A DNA stretch of 64,000 bases from assembly GCF_963921235.1 (NCBI RefSeq), contig NC_086106.1, positions 22,134,001 to 22,198,000 on the forward strand, written 5' to 3'. Each line of letters begins with the position of its first letter. Position 1 is the stretch's first letter. A model generated the notes under the pieces. That model was not told the DNA's origin. It ran no database searches and saw only the letters and a list, made by a program, of their open reading frames with translations. This DNA comes from Mobula hypostoma (lineage: Eukaryota). Below, piece by piece: positions 25,411 through 39,870 of the stretch. A program made the translations under genes and the position numbers.

Positions 25411-26298
25411 CGATTTGCCGGTTATGTTTTTTTTTGTTATATGCCTTCTATTTTGCTTTTATGTCAGCTGTTACTACTCCTGTTAACCAGGTATAAACAA
25501 TTTTGTTATTTGAGAATTTCTTTGGTTTTAGAATAGCACAAAATTGCATATTCGTCAATTTCTCCAGAAACTCGAGCTATTGCTGCTCTGCTGTTATCGC
25601 TGCCTGCAAGTTAATTCCACGTTACTTTGTCCAAATCCTCTGTCATACCATAGCAAATTTCTTTACTGCACTGAAATGCTGACACATCTGACTTTCCTTT
25701 CTCCATATCAAATTTCAAGTTGAATGCAATGATATCATTACCACGACTCCTAAGGGTTCATTTACCTTAAACTCCCTTTATTACAAAACACCCGAACGAG
25801 TATATTAGGTTCCCAAGTAGGCTCAAACGCAAGGTTTTCTAAAAACCTGTTCGCATTGAACAAATTCACTCTCTTGACATCCAATACCAATCTGTTGTTG
25901 TTTTTTTTTCTTCAATTTATCTGCATGTCACCATCTCTCATGATAATATTACCAGTGCCACTTAAACACACATTTTGTTTTGTTTTTTTTTTATTTCCGT
26001 AGTAATCTGTACTCCACGACTCAGCTACACTTTGTAGGGCTGTATATAATTGAGATCACCATCCATTTACCCTTGCAGTTTCTTAACTCATCCCACAAGA
26101 CTTCAACAATTCCAGTCCAATACCACATCTTACTTGTGATTTGATGCAATTCTTTAGTAGCAGAGCCCCTGCCACCTCGTGTGCCTACCATCCTAACTCT
26201 CAGATACAATGTGTAACTTTGCACGTTCAACGCTCACTTACATCCATCTTTCAATTACGATTCAGTAATAGCCACGTCCTCATACCCAATAATCTGGA

Positions 26299-29200
26299 TG
26301 TAACATGCTGTAGGATTTGACTGTTGTCTAACATGCTGTATGTTTTCACTGATCATGTAATGGTTTCTCTGTAGCAGCAATGCTGGGTTATGACTAGAGG
26401 TAACGGGTTTGGAATGCTGTTGTTCTTTCTTGTGAGCTGCAACAAGGATTTTTGCGGTCTTTTGCCGGGGAGAGATAGGAGAGAGGACGTGAAGGGGAGA
26501 GTTGGCAGACAGCCAGACGCGGCTGGCTGGGAGCGAGGGTCCGAAAAAGCAGCGAGGATCGGAGGAAGTCGACAGTAAACGATCGGCTTAGCAGTGCTCT
26601 TCAACATTGCGCAACAGACTGTTTAATCAGTTTTTTTTTAAGTTTCTTTACGAACCATACAGTGACGGTAAGAATTACAAAGCTTAATCGTTTAATCGCA
26701 TATTGTGTACTGTTTGTTACTTCGGGGTTCTGATTTGTAACACGGAACACATCGCGCATCATCCACCCAAACGAGATTTCTTAAGTTTGGCCGGGCCGGG
26801 GACTATCACCTAATACATTAAGCGGTGAACCGAAGCTAGAGTTACAATTGTCGGGGCGACGTTCGGGAGTGATTCCGTTGGATGTTGTGTGATTACACTT
26901 AGCAATGAAGCAGTGGGTCAGATAATTGTACTCCGAATGAATTGTTAATGCCGCTGTTAAGTACTGTTGAAGTTGCGATTGTGGGTAGAGGTTTGATAAA
27001 ATGGCTGGCGCAGCGATCGTTTTAATGGAGACTGTCATTGAGGTAGCTGTAGCTGGAGGCGCAGATTTCAAAGACAGAGTTCTCTCGTTTTTGAGGGGTT
27101 AGGGAAAAGGTGGTCGGACTTGGACTGTCTAAATAGTCCACGTCCCCCTGTGAAGAGTGAGAATTCTGAGTTAGTATCCGCTCTTAATTCTCTGGCGAAT
27201 AAATGGAAAAATCAGATTCAAAGTCCCAGCTATGGCAGGCTCCGCCTATTCTCTGGAATAACGCCCACCCCTAAAAGGGAGGAGAAGTATGAACTTGCGC
27301 GGAGCGGACCTCTCAGTCGTTAGATGAGTGGCAATGCTCTGATAATTAATAACGACAGACATTGGTTGAAAGTTTGAATGGGCGGGCTGCTGACCTTGTG
27401 ACAGCTGTCAGGTTGAAAACTCCCATAGAGACATCTCTCAATTATCTGCAAGCACTGGGCAATGTTTTTGGCCCGCCTGGAAGCTCAGTGGAGCTCATGG
27501 TGGGGTTTCAGAATATGCGTCAGGAGAAGAGGGGGGGACTTCCTTCTTTATTATTTTTCGGCTGGAGAGGCAGCTAAATTGCTTGCAGAGCAGAGGGATC
27601 AATCACGTGGCTGAGGTGAATCAGTTAAGAATGGACCAGATAGCCAGGTTCAGCCAGTCCTATGACCTGATTGCTTGGGGTATCCGGCAGTATCGTAAGG
27701 TGCGTCCCCCCGCCTCCATTTTTGTTCAGCTGATCAGACCAGTACGGGAAGAGGCGAACGCGGCGGAGGAGCCGGAATACTCCGTCAGCAGGGTACGGTC
27801 CTCGTTCGTCATCCCCTGTGGTGAAGTGACCACGGATACTCTACCCCGGGAAACGATAGAGGAGATTGTGGCAGAGTTGAGAGCGGAGATATGTCGACTG
27901 TAATCAGCGGGAGTTGATGCTGGGTGGATTCCTCAAGGAGACGAGCAATGCATAGGGCTGCTGACAGCCGGTGTCGCTCCAGAAGGAGAGTGAGCCCCCA
28001 GGTACCTCAGCAGGGAGAGACTTTGTGAAAACCTAGAGGAGACCCAGTAAGGGAAGACCCTGGTGGGTCTGGCGGAGCACGTTCCCAGCAATGTAACAAG
28101 GAATCCCCGAAAGCAAAATACCCAATTCCTGAAGGGTTAGTGGGTCCATTCTCCAGTGTGACGCTGCGAATAGAGCGTGTTTGTGCAAAAGCCGTACTCG
28201 ACAACGGGTCGCAGGTCACATTGTTGTACTGTTCGTTTTACAACCAGTATATAAAACATTTAGCATTTACACCATTCAGGAACTGGAGATGTTGGGGCTT
28301 AGTGCAACTGATTATCCATACGACGGTTATTTGTCAGTGATGTTGGAGATCCCGCAGGCCGATGTAGGAGTGTCCGAGGTCCTTGATACATTGGTGCTTG
28401 TTTATTCGGATCCTCTTTAGAAGGGAGGCGTTTCAAGTCTGGTGGGGAACAACACCCCTGTTGTGAAAAGGCTCATATGGGCCTGCAAGGAGACTGGTGA
28501 AAGCTTTCTGGGAACATTGTCTGTGCACCCGCGGTTTCGAGTGGCTTTTGAGGAACTGCACGGCAGCATTGGGCGAGATACCAATTGAAATGAGAGATTG
28601 TGTGATTCAGCCAGTCGAAGCCAATGGTGGGAGGGCTCAGGGAAGTGGCGAGAGTGATGCAAGCCCTCTTAGAAGACGCTCCGGAAGACCGCGAGTGGGT
28701 GTCGGGATTCCTGCTGTAGTACTGTTGAGGAGAAAACGAAGAGGGAGGTCACCATTAAGCAGGGGATGCCCCTGGTACATTTGTTCCCGGTAACGGTAAT
28801 GTCTAGTGCCACTGTGAGGCACGCCGGTAAGAAAATATTGGAATATAGGGGAAAGTTGACCGCTAAGTCATTCAAATTCCGGGATTTCCCGGTTCCTGCG
28901 GGTGGGAGAGGAGGCTGGTAGAGAAGATTTGAAGTTGGAAGGTGTCTTTCCCCTGCCGAGTTTGCTGTGGGTTGTTCCAAAAACACGAGTCACACTATCC
29001 GGGTGACTGAGGATACCCCTTTCGGATGAAGGTCGCTGTGAAGCCACTGCAGAGGTGGAGGACGTTCTGCAGTATTTGTGTAAGTTGAAGAAAGCTGGGA
29101 TCATCACCAATTCTCGAAGCCCCTATGCGTCTTGAATAGAAGTGACCCGGAGGAAAAATGGGAAGGTTCGGATGTGTGTTGACTCTACGACTGTCCGGAA

Positions 29201-32200
29201 TATACTATCCCAGTATAGTGCTCAAGGATTCAAGACGTGCTAGCCTGTCCGAGCTGTGCGAAGTGCTTCAGTATGCTGGACTTGAGGAGTGGATATTACC
29301 AGATACCCAGGGGTGAGATCAATAAAGGGGAAACGGCATTTTTATGTCTCCTGGGATATTCCCAGTTCGAGAGGATGCTCAAAGGAATCTCGGGAGCTCC
29401 TGCAACCTTCCAGCGGGTGCTGGAGAAGACGTGCGGCATATGAACTTGGTATATCTAGATGACCTCATAGTATCTGGATCACCCTCAAAAGAATCTGAAG
29501 AGAGGCTGCTGAATGAGCTGGGCCTCCTGAAATCCGAAGCGTTCAATATTTTCCTGGACAAGTGCTAGTTCTGCCAAACGTCTGTTAGCTATGTTGGACA
29601 CATAGTCTCCCGGGATGGGGCAGCTATACCAAGCTAAGGTCGAGGCGATTACCACTCGGCCAAGACCCTACACTGTGAGCGTTCTGCGCTCGTTCCTCCG
29701 GTTCTGTGGTTACAGTGGTAAGTTTGAGAAAGGCTACCCGAAAGTAAGTCACCTTTAAATCAACGTCTGTGCCCTTTTGGAAGAAAAGGAGGGGAAGAAA
29801 TAAAGAAAAAAAAACAAGAGTGTGGAATGCATCTTAGCTCTTCGGAACCCTTTTTACCGAGGTGGGATGCAAAATATGATGGGGCCTTTCAGTCGCTGAA
29901 AGAGCTGCTGACCCAGATGACGGTGCGGGCTTTTGGCGGACCCACTATTACCGTTATTACTGAACACGGATGACAGCCGAGACAGTTTAGTGGGCGTCCT
30001 ATATCAGGATTAGGGCTCCGTGTTGAGGGCCGTCGCATATGAAAGCCGGAGTCTATCGCCATCCGAGGGGAAAAAAAAAACAACAACTTGCCCACGCAAA
30101 GTTGGAATTTCAGTCGCTGAGAAGGCTGTGCTGGATAAGCTGAGTAACTACCTCTACGCGGCCAAGTTAGAGGTGAGGACGGACAGCAACCCCTTAACTT
30201 CTATCGTGGCTTCGGCGAAAATGGATGCCACAGGCCATCAATGATTGGCGGCGTTGTCAGCCTATGATTGCAGCTTGATGTACTGGCTGAGAAGCCGGAA
30301 CGTTAATGCTGATGTTTTGTCCCGACGGGCGTATGACAGAGTAGGGACGAGGAGTGGGAGAGCGTTCATGCCCCGGGGGTGAAGGCCCTGTGCCAGTTTA
30401 CCATTATAGTGAAAGCAGAGGAAAAGGAGAGGCAGAAGTGAGAGGTGGATCTACTGGTGGCTTATGATGCTGCCATCCCCAATTTATTGTAACCTGACTG
30501 TTCTGAGCACGTATCAGCCGCTGGATATGAGTTCCGGGGAAGTGGCTGCTGCTCACCGAGTTGATCCGGGCATTGGTACCATTTGGACGGCGGTAGAGCA
30601 GTGAGACATGGTTCAGGCGGACAGGATATATTACACGGCGATGCCTCTATTAGTAGGAGAATGTTCGCCGTTGGATTTGAAGAAACAGATTTTATACCGG
30701 GTCACGTCAGCACCAGACCTACTCCGGCGTTGCCAGCTGGTTCTGTCCGAGACGTATTGGACGATGGGGATGAAATCACTTCATGATGATTCTGGACATT
30801 TGGATTGCTTAGAGATGGGTTTTACTGGCCCCGAAGAAAGTCGGAGAATCAAGAAGACGGCAAGTCTTGCATTCTGTACAAACGGCAGAAGACACTGCCT
30901 GCGCGGGCAACTCCCTTGTCCCACCTGCAGGGTGCAGTGCCTCTGGATCTGATGTGTATGGATTTTCTGCCAATAGAATCCGATGCCAGCAACACGGTGA
31001 ATGTTTTAGTCATCACGGAGCACTACCTCAGATATTCTCAGGCTTTTCCTACGAAGAACCAATGGGCGTCAACGGTGGCGAAGGTATTATGAGAGAAGTA
31101 TTTCATTTATTATGGCCTTGCCAGGCGAATACATCGGGATCAGACTCGGAATTTGGAGAGCAGACTCATCCCTGAGTTACTGGGCATGCTAGTATTCGAG
31201 AAGTCAAAGAGCCCGCCGTCTCACTCATAGGGTGATCACCAGCCAGGGTGGTTTAAAAGGACCTTGCTAGCCATGCTCGGGACACTGGAGATCAGCAAGA
31301 AGCGCAGTTGAAATCAACATTTTCTGCATCTATCTCACAGTTATAATTGTACACGACATGAAGCTACTGGGTACTCGGCATATTTTCTCATTTTTTGGAC
31401 GCGAGGCAGGGTTGCCCAGTGATCTTTGTGACTGACGAGGGTGACTTACCACTGAAAACTTGCCCGAAGTATGTGTCTGACATGAGAAGAGAGTTGAAAA
31501 GGTCTTATGAATTAGCTTGTGTCGCGGCTGCCCAGCAGAATCAAGGGAATAAGTGAATGTATGATGAAAAGGTAAGGTTCTCCCAACTCCTGCCGGGAGC
31601 CAGAGTCCTCATAAGGAATGTGTGGCTAACTGGAAAGCATAAGTTGGCTGACAGCTTGGCAGCTACGCCCTGTGTGGTGGAGTGTCAGATTCCAAACCTA
31701 CCAGTTTTCCGGGTGAAACTATAGGATGGGAATGAGCCTGTAAAGACTCTCCATCAGACCTGCTTGGTGCACCTGAGTCGACCCAGAGCCTGACATGCAG
31801 CCTACACCTAGTTCGAGGGCTCTTCCGAAACGCGGGTTGACGAGCGGGACCACAACAAGCAAAGTAAGGACTGGCCCACGCCTGAGAGGGCTACTAATTC
31901 GGAGGATGAGGACCTGGATATGTGGTATATGCTGCCTTTCGCTAACTCCCAGTGGTTGAGGAAGAGACTACCGACACTTCTCCCATTAGGACTGGTGAAG
32001 TGGTGGGGGAGTGGCTATCTGTGACACCCTAGGTTTCAGTGAATCTCTGGGTGGGAGGAAGCAGGTTTTGATCACGGAACAGATTGGCTCCCAATTGCAC
32101 GTGGGAACGACTGAGAGATCGGGGGAAGCCTCAGCAGGTGGGCTGGAAGCATCCACAGCTGTGTCGCAACCTGAAGAATTAGATGATAGTCTGCGGAGTT

Positions 32201-32460
32201 CTCAGAGTATTAGGAGAATTATATAGGTTGGCATACGTTGCACTAGATGAACAGAATATGACTCCGTACTGTGTTGAGGAGCTATGTCACTGGAGTTTAC
32301 ATCTGGATTGGGCTTTGTGTTTTGCAGGAAGGGTTGACGAATTAACTCAACAGCATGAACGAATGCCTAAATTTGATGGGGGAAGAGTGTAACATGCTGT
32401 ATTGTTTCACTGCTGTGTAACATGCTGTAAGTTTTCACTGAAATGTAATGATATTATAAT
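26299..32460 (+). mobile_element. Near full-length degenerate Gypsy LTR retrotransposon with PNMA-like gag
   Basis: 5' LTR tgtaac..gagttaca (26299-26846). gag: SYGRLRLFSGITPTPKREE. Protease: VLDNGSQVTLL. RT: LDLRSGYYQI, GAPATFQR, YLDDL. Integrase: LMCMDFLPIE..LVITEHYLRYSQAFPT. PPT gggggaagag, then a truncated 3' LTR from 32389. Confidence 0.93.
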
Positions 32461-33223
32461 GAGTGACTGGGAGCGGACCCAAGTGCAGGACACAGACATG
32501 GAGGTAACATTAAAAGAAGTATGCATATTAACAGTTGCATGAAAGGCCGAAGAACCAGCATTAGGTGCTTACGTGGAAGTGAACCTTGGACAGCAAACGG
32601 GAGGAGCCCGGACACGGAAGTTAGTCATGGAGCCTGGACTTAGTTACGGAACCTGAACATGGACGTGAACACGGAACCTGGGCTTGCACTCGGACTCGAA
32701 CCCTGGAATTGGACTCGGACACGGAGCCTGGTCTTGGACTCGGACACGAAGCCTGGAGTTGGATTCGAACGCTAAACCTCGATTTGGCCTCGGACGCAGA
32801 TTCTGGACTTGCAGTCGGACGCGAAACCTGAACTTGGACTCGGACGCGGATATCAACCTTGGACTTGGACTGGACTCGGACACGGATTCTGGACTTGGAG
32901 TCAGACGCCGAACCTAAACCTGGACTAGGACGCGGATACGAACCCTGGACTTGGACTGGGACTCGACTCGGAGTCTGAACTTGGACTCGGGACGACAAAA
33001 CCAAGCAATTCGTATCTTGGATCACAGCAGCGGCAAACCTCCTGCAGTACTCAGCTGGACGCGCGACGACAAAACCAAACAAGGATAGACAATTCCTATC
33101 CTGACTCGGAGTAGCAGCAAACGGCCTGCAATGCTCAGCTGGAAACGAGACGATGAACCAAACAACGACAGAAATTCAGATTATTGGATCATTTGGGATC
33201 TCTTCTCTGGAATGTGTGACATG
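32461..33223 (-). mobile_element. LTR-type element with a GGACTC/GGACTT-rich minisatellite, directly adjoining the truncated Gypsy 3' LTR
   Basis: ggacccaagtgcaggacacagac start motif, tandem repeats at 32620-33000, ends gtgtgaca. Confidence 0.7.
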
Positions 33224-33239
33224 TACCAAAATGACATGT

Positions 33240-36030
33240 TGCTACTGAATACGAGGGGTCCAATATCGTGCCAGGAAGGTTTGCTACGGCTATTGGGGAT
33301 AGTTTAAACGAGAATTACAGCGTGGTGGGGGGACGAACTTAAGAGACTAATGAAGGGGCGGTTGGCATAAAAATAGAGACAGGTTCGAGACAGTGCGAGA
33401 GGGAGGATAGGCAGGTGATAGAGAAAGGCTGCGCTCAGACCGAAGGTTTAAGATGTGTCTATTTTAATGCAATGAGTATGAAGAATAAACAGGATCAAAT
33501 TAGTGCATGGATCAGTATTGGAGCTACGATATTGTGGCCATTACAGAAATGTCGATGGCTCAGGGGTAGGAATGGTTACTCAGAGTGCCAGGCTTTAGAC
33601 GTTTTAGAAAGGAATGGGTAGGGGGCAAAAGACACTGCTGATGAGAGACCTCGTCACGGCTGCAGAAAAAGGAGGAGATCATGGAGGGATTGTTGACTAA
33701 GTGTCTGTGGGTGGAAGTCAGGAACAGGAAGGGGTCAATATCTCTCCTGGGTGTTGTTGTTGTTGTTTTATATATATATATATAGACCATCCAATAATAA
33801 TAAGGACATCGAGGAGCAGATAGGGAGACAGATTATGGAAAGGTGTAATAATAAGAAGGTTACGTGCTCAGAGATTAAATTTTGCCAAATATTGATTCTC
33901 ATATCCCTGGAACAGGGATTTAGATGATGTGGAGTTTGTTAGCTGTGCTCAGGAATGTATATTCACAATGTTTAGATGACTCTGTAAGAAGAGAGACTAA
34001 ACAAGATATGGTATTGAGAAATCAACCTGGATCGCTTGTGAAACTTCTGAGGGGAAACCATTTTGGAGATAGTGATCACAATTATATCGCCTTTACCATG
34101 GCATTGTAGAAGGATAGTGACATAAAAGTTTCGACAGCGTTTAATTGAAGTTAGAAGAAATACGAGGTTACTGGCAGGAAATAGGAAAATATAAATTGGG
34201 AACTGATGTTCGCAGGAAAGATACGGCTGAAATGTGACAAATGTCCAAGGGATATTTGCGCGGCATTCTGCATAGGTACGTTCCAATGAGTCAGGGAAAG
34301 GATAGTCGGGTACAGGAACCGTCGAGTACAAATGCTGTTTCAAATCTAGTCAAGAAGAAAAGAAGAGCTTAGGAAACGTTCAAAAAACTAGACAATGATA
34401 GAGAAGGAGGTTAAAATGAAATTGGGAAAGCAGAAGAGGCCATGAGAAATCTTTGTCGGGCAGGATTAAGGGACATCTCAAGGCGTTCTACAAGTATGTG
34501 ATCAAGATGAGGATAAGACCTGAGAGAATAGAGCGAAACGAGTATGATAGTGGAAAAGTGTTTATGGAACATGAGGAGATAGTAGAGATTCTCAATGAAT
34601 ACTTTTCTTCAGTATTCACTACAGAAAAATATCTTGGCGATTTCAGAGATGACTTAGAGCGGACTGATATATTTGAGCATATTGATAATAAGACATAGAT
34701 GTATTGGAGCTTTTGGGAAGTATCAAATTGGATAGGTCACCGGGAGCGTGCGGGATGTTGCCAAGACTACCGTGGGCTGTAAGGGAGATTTCTGAGCCTA
34801 TGGCAATGATCTTTGCATTATCAATGGGGACGGAAGAGGTTTCGGGGGATTGCAGGGATGCAGATGTTGTGCTCTTTATCGAGGAAGGGAGCAGAGATAG
34901 ACAATGAAATTATGGACTAAAGAGTCTTACTTCAGTGGTAGGTAAGTTGATGGAAAGGATCCTTATAGGCACGATTTATGAACATTTGGAGATGCATAAT
35001 GTGATTAGAAAGAGCGGGCATGGTTTTTGTCAAAGGCAGGTCGCGGTTTATGAGCCTGATTAAATGTTTTGATGATGTGACTAAACACATTAATGAAGAC
35101 AGAGTGGTAGAGGTAGCGTATATGGTTTTAAGTAAGGCTTTTGATATGGTACCCCACGCAAAGCTTATTGAGAACGTAAGGAGCCATGGCATCCAAGGGG
35201 ACATTGCTTTGTGGATCTGGAATTGGCTTGCCCACAGAGGGCAAAGATTAGTTGGAAATGGGTCATATTCGGCCGTGACCAGTGGTGTGCCTCAAGGATC
35301 CGTTCTGGCACCACTTATTTTTGTGATTTTTATAAATGACCTTGATGAAGTAGTGGAGGGGAGGTTCAGGACACACAAAGCTGTTACACATGTTGCCTTG
35401 TGTTTCAGAAGGCACACGGTTCATTGGTCTTCATCAGCCGTGGGATTGAGTCTAGGTGCCGATAGGTAATGCTGCAGCCATATAGGGCACCGGTCAGAAC
35501 CCATTTGGATTACCGTGTTCATTTCTGGTCGCCACACTGCAGTACGGTTGTTGACATCATATAAAGGGTACAGAGGAGATTTGCAAGGATGTTGGGTGGA
35601 TTGGGGACCATGCCTTATGAGAACAGGTTGAGAGAACTCGGTCTTTTCACCTTGAACGACGGAGGATGAACAGTGACCTGATAGTCATGTATAAAATGAT
35701 GAGAGGAATTGATCGTGTGGATACTCAGAGGCCTTTTCCCAGGGCTCAAATGGCTAACATGAGAGGGCACAGTTTTAAGGTTCTTCAAAATAATTGCAAC
35801 GGAGATGTCAGTGTTTTCTTTTTTGGTGGAATGTTGAGTGCGCCTGCCGGCGAAGGTGCTGTAGGCGGATACATTATGGTCTTCTAAGAGACTCCCAGAG
35901 AGGTAGAAGGGACTTAGTCAAACAGGAATATGGTTAACTCTGGGTATTTACTGAAGTAATTACATTTTGTGCCATAGCGTTGTGGGCTGAGGGGCTTGTA
36001 TTGTGCTGTTGGTTTTCTATGTTTTTTACT
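33240..36030 (+). mobile_element. Degenerate CR1 LINE
   Basis: LRCVYFNAMS, FGDSDHNYI, LNEYFSSVFT, SKAFDMVPH and GVPQGSVLAPLIFVIFINDLDE. Confidence 0.9.
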
Positions 36031-36082
36031 GAGTTTTCTAGGACCAGCTGGAAAGTAGTTCAAGACCAAAAGACCATAATAT

Positions 36083-36450
36083 ATAGAAACATAGAAACAT
36101 AGAAAATAGGTGCAGGAGTAGGCCATTCGGCCCTTCGAGCCTGCATCGCCATTTATTATGATCATGGCTGATCATCCAACTCAGAACCCCACCCCAGCCT
36201 TCCGTCCATACCCCCTGACCCCCGTAGCCACAATGGCCATATCTAACTCCCTCTTAAATATAGCTAATGAACTGGCTTCAACAGTTTCCTGTGGCAGAGA
36301 ATTCCACAGATTCACCATTCTCTGTGTGAAGAAGTTTTTCCTAATCTCGGTCCTAAAAGGCTTCCCCTCTATCCTCAAACTGTGACCCCTCGTTCTGGAC
36401 TTCCCCAACATCGGGAACAATCTTCCTGCGTCTAGCCTGTCCAATCCCTA
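36083..36450 (-). mobile_element. 3' end of the young CR1 family seen at 20.7-23.4 kb
   Basis: LDAGRLFPMLGKSRTRGHSLRIEG is near-identical to about 23060-23400; tail (atagaaac)n. Confidence 0.92.
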
Positions 36451-36559
36451 TAAGCTATAAAATCGGGCGATCTCGTCTGCCGTGCCACTTTGTCATGAGA
36501 GAAAGAATTTTCGGATCAGCTCCAAACTCGTGCATTCTCCCTGTATCCTTTCATACCGT

Positions 36560-38900
36560 GATCAATCAACAGTCTATCAAGCTCTGCCTAAATATTCATA
36601 AAGCCGTGGCCCCCACTGCTGCCTGTGGCAATGAATTCGACAGATAGACAAGGTTTCGTTAAAATATTTCATCTTCCCAAAAGATTTCATCTTCCCCTCT
36701 ATTCTAATAGGAATATTCTCAGAGAATGTCCTCTGGAAATCTTCACCATACTCAATGTCCTCTCTACATACACTCTATAATCTGATAGTTCTGTATGACG
36801 CCAAACCACATTCTTCTGAACTCCAGCGAATGCAGACTTACTGCCATCGGATGCTCGTCACGTGACAACACGCAGTTCCAGAATAATTTTCGTGGACCTC
36901 CTTTGAACCTTCTGCACTTTCAGCACAGCCTTTGCAAGGTAACGTACCCAAACATTCTCATAATAATCTCTGTGCCGGCCACCCCAACGCTTGAAAAGTT
37001 CGACATTACTTCATTGTTCTTACACTCCAGTCTTCTTGAAATTAAGTCTAAAGTTGCCCTTGCCTGCATAACCACAGGCTCACTCTGCAAACCAACCTTT
37101 CGGGAATACCGCACAAGGACTCCCGAGACCGTTTGGGTCTCAGCATTTTTTTCTATTTCTCTTCACTTAGAACACAATCATACCTTTCATTTCCTGTAGC
37201 AACTGTGTGACTATCCACTTCTCGACGCTCTATGCCATTTAACATTACTTCCCCCTGTCTACGAATCTGTCTAAGTTCTTCTTCTTGAATCCTCTCGACT
37301 ACCTATACCTCCAGTTATATTCGTATCGTTATCAAACTTTTGGAAAAAGGAACATCAACTGTATCATTCAAATCATTGACGAATAACGTAAAAGTAATCC
37401 ATCGCAGCTCAGCATCTTGTGGACATCACTGGTCGCCAAGGGCTGGTCAGAAAAGTCTCTGTTCATACCCACATTTTCCCTCCTGCCAATCAGAAACTGC
37501 TTTATGCTTGCCTAAATCCTTCTTCTCATGCCAAGGACTCGTAGTTTGTTTACCCCTATAATGTGTGGCCTTGGCAAAGGTATTGGGAAAATCCAAGTAA
37601 ACTACATCTACTGATTCCCATTCTTCAATCCTGATTGTAACTGCTTCAAATATCTGGAACAATTTTTCAGGCAAGATTTTTCCTTGCTGAAGCAAAGTGT
37701 GTCCAAGTATTCTGAGACCTGATCTTTTGAAATCGAATCCAAAATCGAATACGAAATGGTTCATAGTTCACTATCTTCAACCTCTCTTACTTCTTGAAGT
37801 GGCATTTACATATTTCCGGAGTTATGGGGACACTCCACAATCTACTAGTTCGGAAAGATGATTCCGAATTCAGCTAGGATCTGTTCAGCAACATTTGTCT
37901 GCAACTTGGATTGTATATCATCTGCTCAGTGTGACCTATCTACATTCAGAATTTCTACATTCCTAAGAACGTTTTTCTCTAGTCATGATAATTTCACAGA
38001 CTACACCCCACTGAGACGTAGAACTTCCAGCATACTGCGATTGCCTTTGTCAGTGAAGACACATGCAAAATACTTCTGCAGATCGTCCTCTACTTCTTTC
38101 TTCCATTTAGAACAATTGCAGGCTCATTTTCCGGCTGTCCAATCTCCACTCTTGATTCTCTAATAGACTTTATGTTTCTGAAGAATCTGTTGGTATCCTC
38201 ATTAATGTTGCTTCCTATCATATTCCAGCTTTACACTTTCAATGTTTTTGATGCGTATTGTTGTTGTTGTTTTATTTTCAAGTTCCACAATCCTGTAAAA
38301 TCCCATTGATCTTTCTTCTTCTCCATGCACATATTATGTTAGGATTGACTTGTCTTGAAAAACATGGCTGGGGCATCCTTCCTTTAGAATACATCTTCTT
38401 TGGCATGTATATAAATCTGTGCCTTTCGATTTTTTTTCCCACAAACTCCAACCATTGCGGTACTGCCTTCATCCTTGCCAGTATTTTTCTTCTAGTAAAT
38501 TCTGGAAAAAAAAAATGTCTGTCATGCCTGTGCAATTCCCTTTACTCCTGCGTAATACTAATAGAGCTATCTTTAGCTTTTGCTTCTCCAATTTCAGATT
38601 GAATGCAATTAGGCAATGANNNNNNNNNNNNNNNNNNNNNNNNNNNNNNNNNNNNNNNNNNNNNNNNNNNNNNNNNNNNNNNNNNNNNNNNNNNNNNNNN
38701 NNNNNNNNNNNNNNNNNNNNNNNNNNNNNNNNNNNNNNNNNNNNNNNNNNNNNNNNNNNNNNNNNNNNNAAGCTCTGTAATCAATTCTGGCTCTTTTCAA
38801 AGCAACCAATCGAAAGTAACTGAACCTCTGATGGTCTCAACCACCAGAGGCTCGGAAAATTCCACCTCGGAGGCATTTTCGTTTTTCCTCCTTCTTTAAT
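36560..38900 (-). mobile_element. Old CR1 fragments spanning an assembly gap
   Basis: ESVDVVYLDFPNTFAKATH and QARATLDLISRRLECKN remnants. Confidence 0.7.
38620..38769. other. Assembly gap (150 N)
   Basis: Run of N. Confidence 1.
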
Positions 38901-39249
38901 CAAACACCAACCTACTTTTCACAATCTAGCTGCATGTTGTCCCCATGACAATTGTGACCTTGCTCTTTTGTAAAAAAAAAAAGCTGTTTCATGCAATTTG
39001 TAGGCATCCTCCTTACGTATGTTGGGGTCTGTATGCATCTCTCACCCTGGTCAGTTAACATTTGCAGTTCTTTTACTCTTTTCAGAATGACTCAACAACA
39101 TTGATCCTATCTTACCTTTTTTTTTATGTTCATCTTTTTTTCCCCAAATTAGCCTGATGTATTATCAAAATCTGCCTCCACAATCTCTCCACTAATTGTT
39201 CTGTCACTTGCATCCCATCACCCTGAAACTCGGGTTGAAACCCTAACTT

Positions 39250-39870
39250 CTGATAGGGTTGTGTCGCAACGACAACCTTGCCTTCAACATCATTATGAAC
39301 AATGGATTGATTGTGCACTTCAGGAAGGAAGTAGACGTAACACACCTGTCCTCTTCCGGGGATCAACTTTTGCAACGATGAGCAGTTCCAATTCTACGAG
39401 TGTGAAAATCACTAAAGATCTATCTGCAGACAAACATAGTGATGCAGTTAAATGGAAAGTGCGACAGCGGCTATATGTAATAAAAGGCTGGTGAAGAATT
39501 GAAGTGCTACCCAATACACCCGCCAATTTCAACACGGACGTGTGGAGAGCATTCTAACAGGTTGCATGGCAGTCTGGACTTCGGAGGCCGTTGCATAAGT
39601 TGTAGAACGCTGCACAAATACTTCAACACGGCCAGTTCCCTCATGTCCGTTTACATAAACTGCATCAAGGAAAGGAATCTTTTGAAAAGTCATACTTCAG
39701 AAAGAAGGCATCGATCATTAAAGGCCCTCGTCACCCAAAATATGTACTCTTCTGAATGCTAACGTTACGGAAGATGGATAGGAGTTTAAATTCACGTACT
39801 CAACGTTTCAAGGACTACTCCTTTACCTTGGTAATCTAATTTACAAATGGACAATGAAACCATATGTGCT
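39250..39870 (+). mobile_element. Rex/Babar-type LINE 3' fragment
   Basis: VDFRK..TPVL..NST..ITKDLS-like and KARQRLY-like remnants. Confidence 0.6.

Larger units (their letters stand above)
23410..26298 (-). mobile_element. Old CR1 fragments with interspersed insertions
   Basis: Remnants such as YVARFAGDTKITG, ELRNCKGKWMVISIIYSP and endonuclease-start motifs. Confidence 0.65.

Noticed and set aside
32620-33082. Val/Arg/Ser-rich ORFs
   Set aside because: Translation of an LTR-internal minisatellite.
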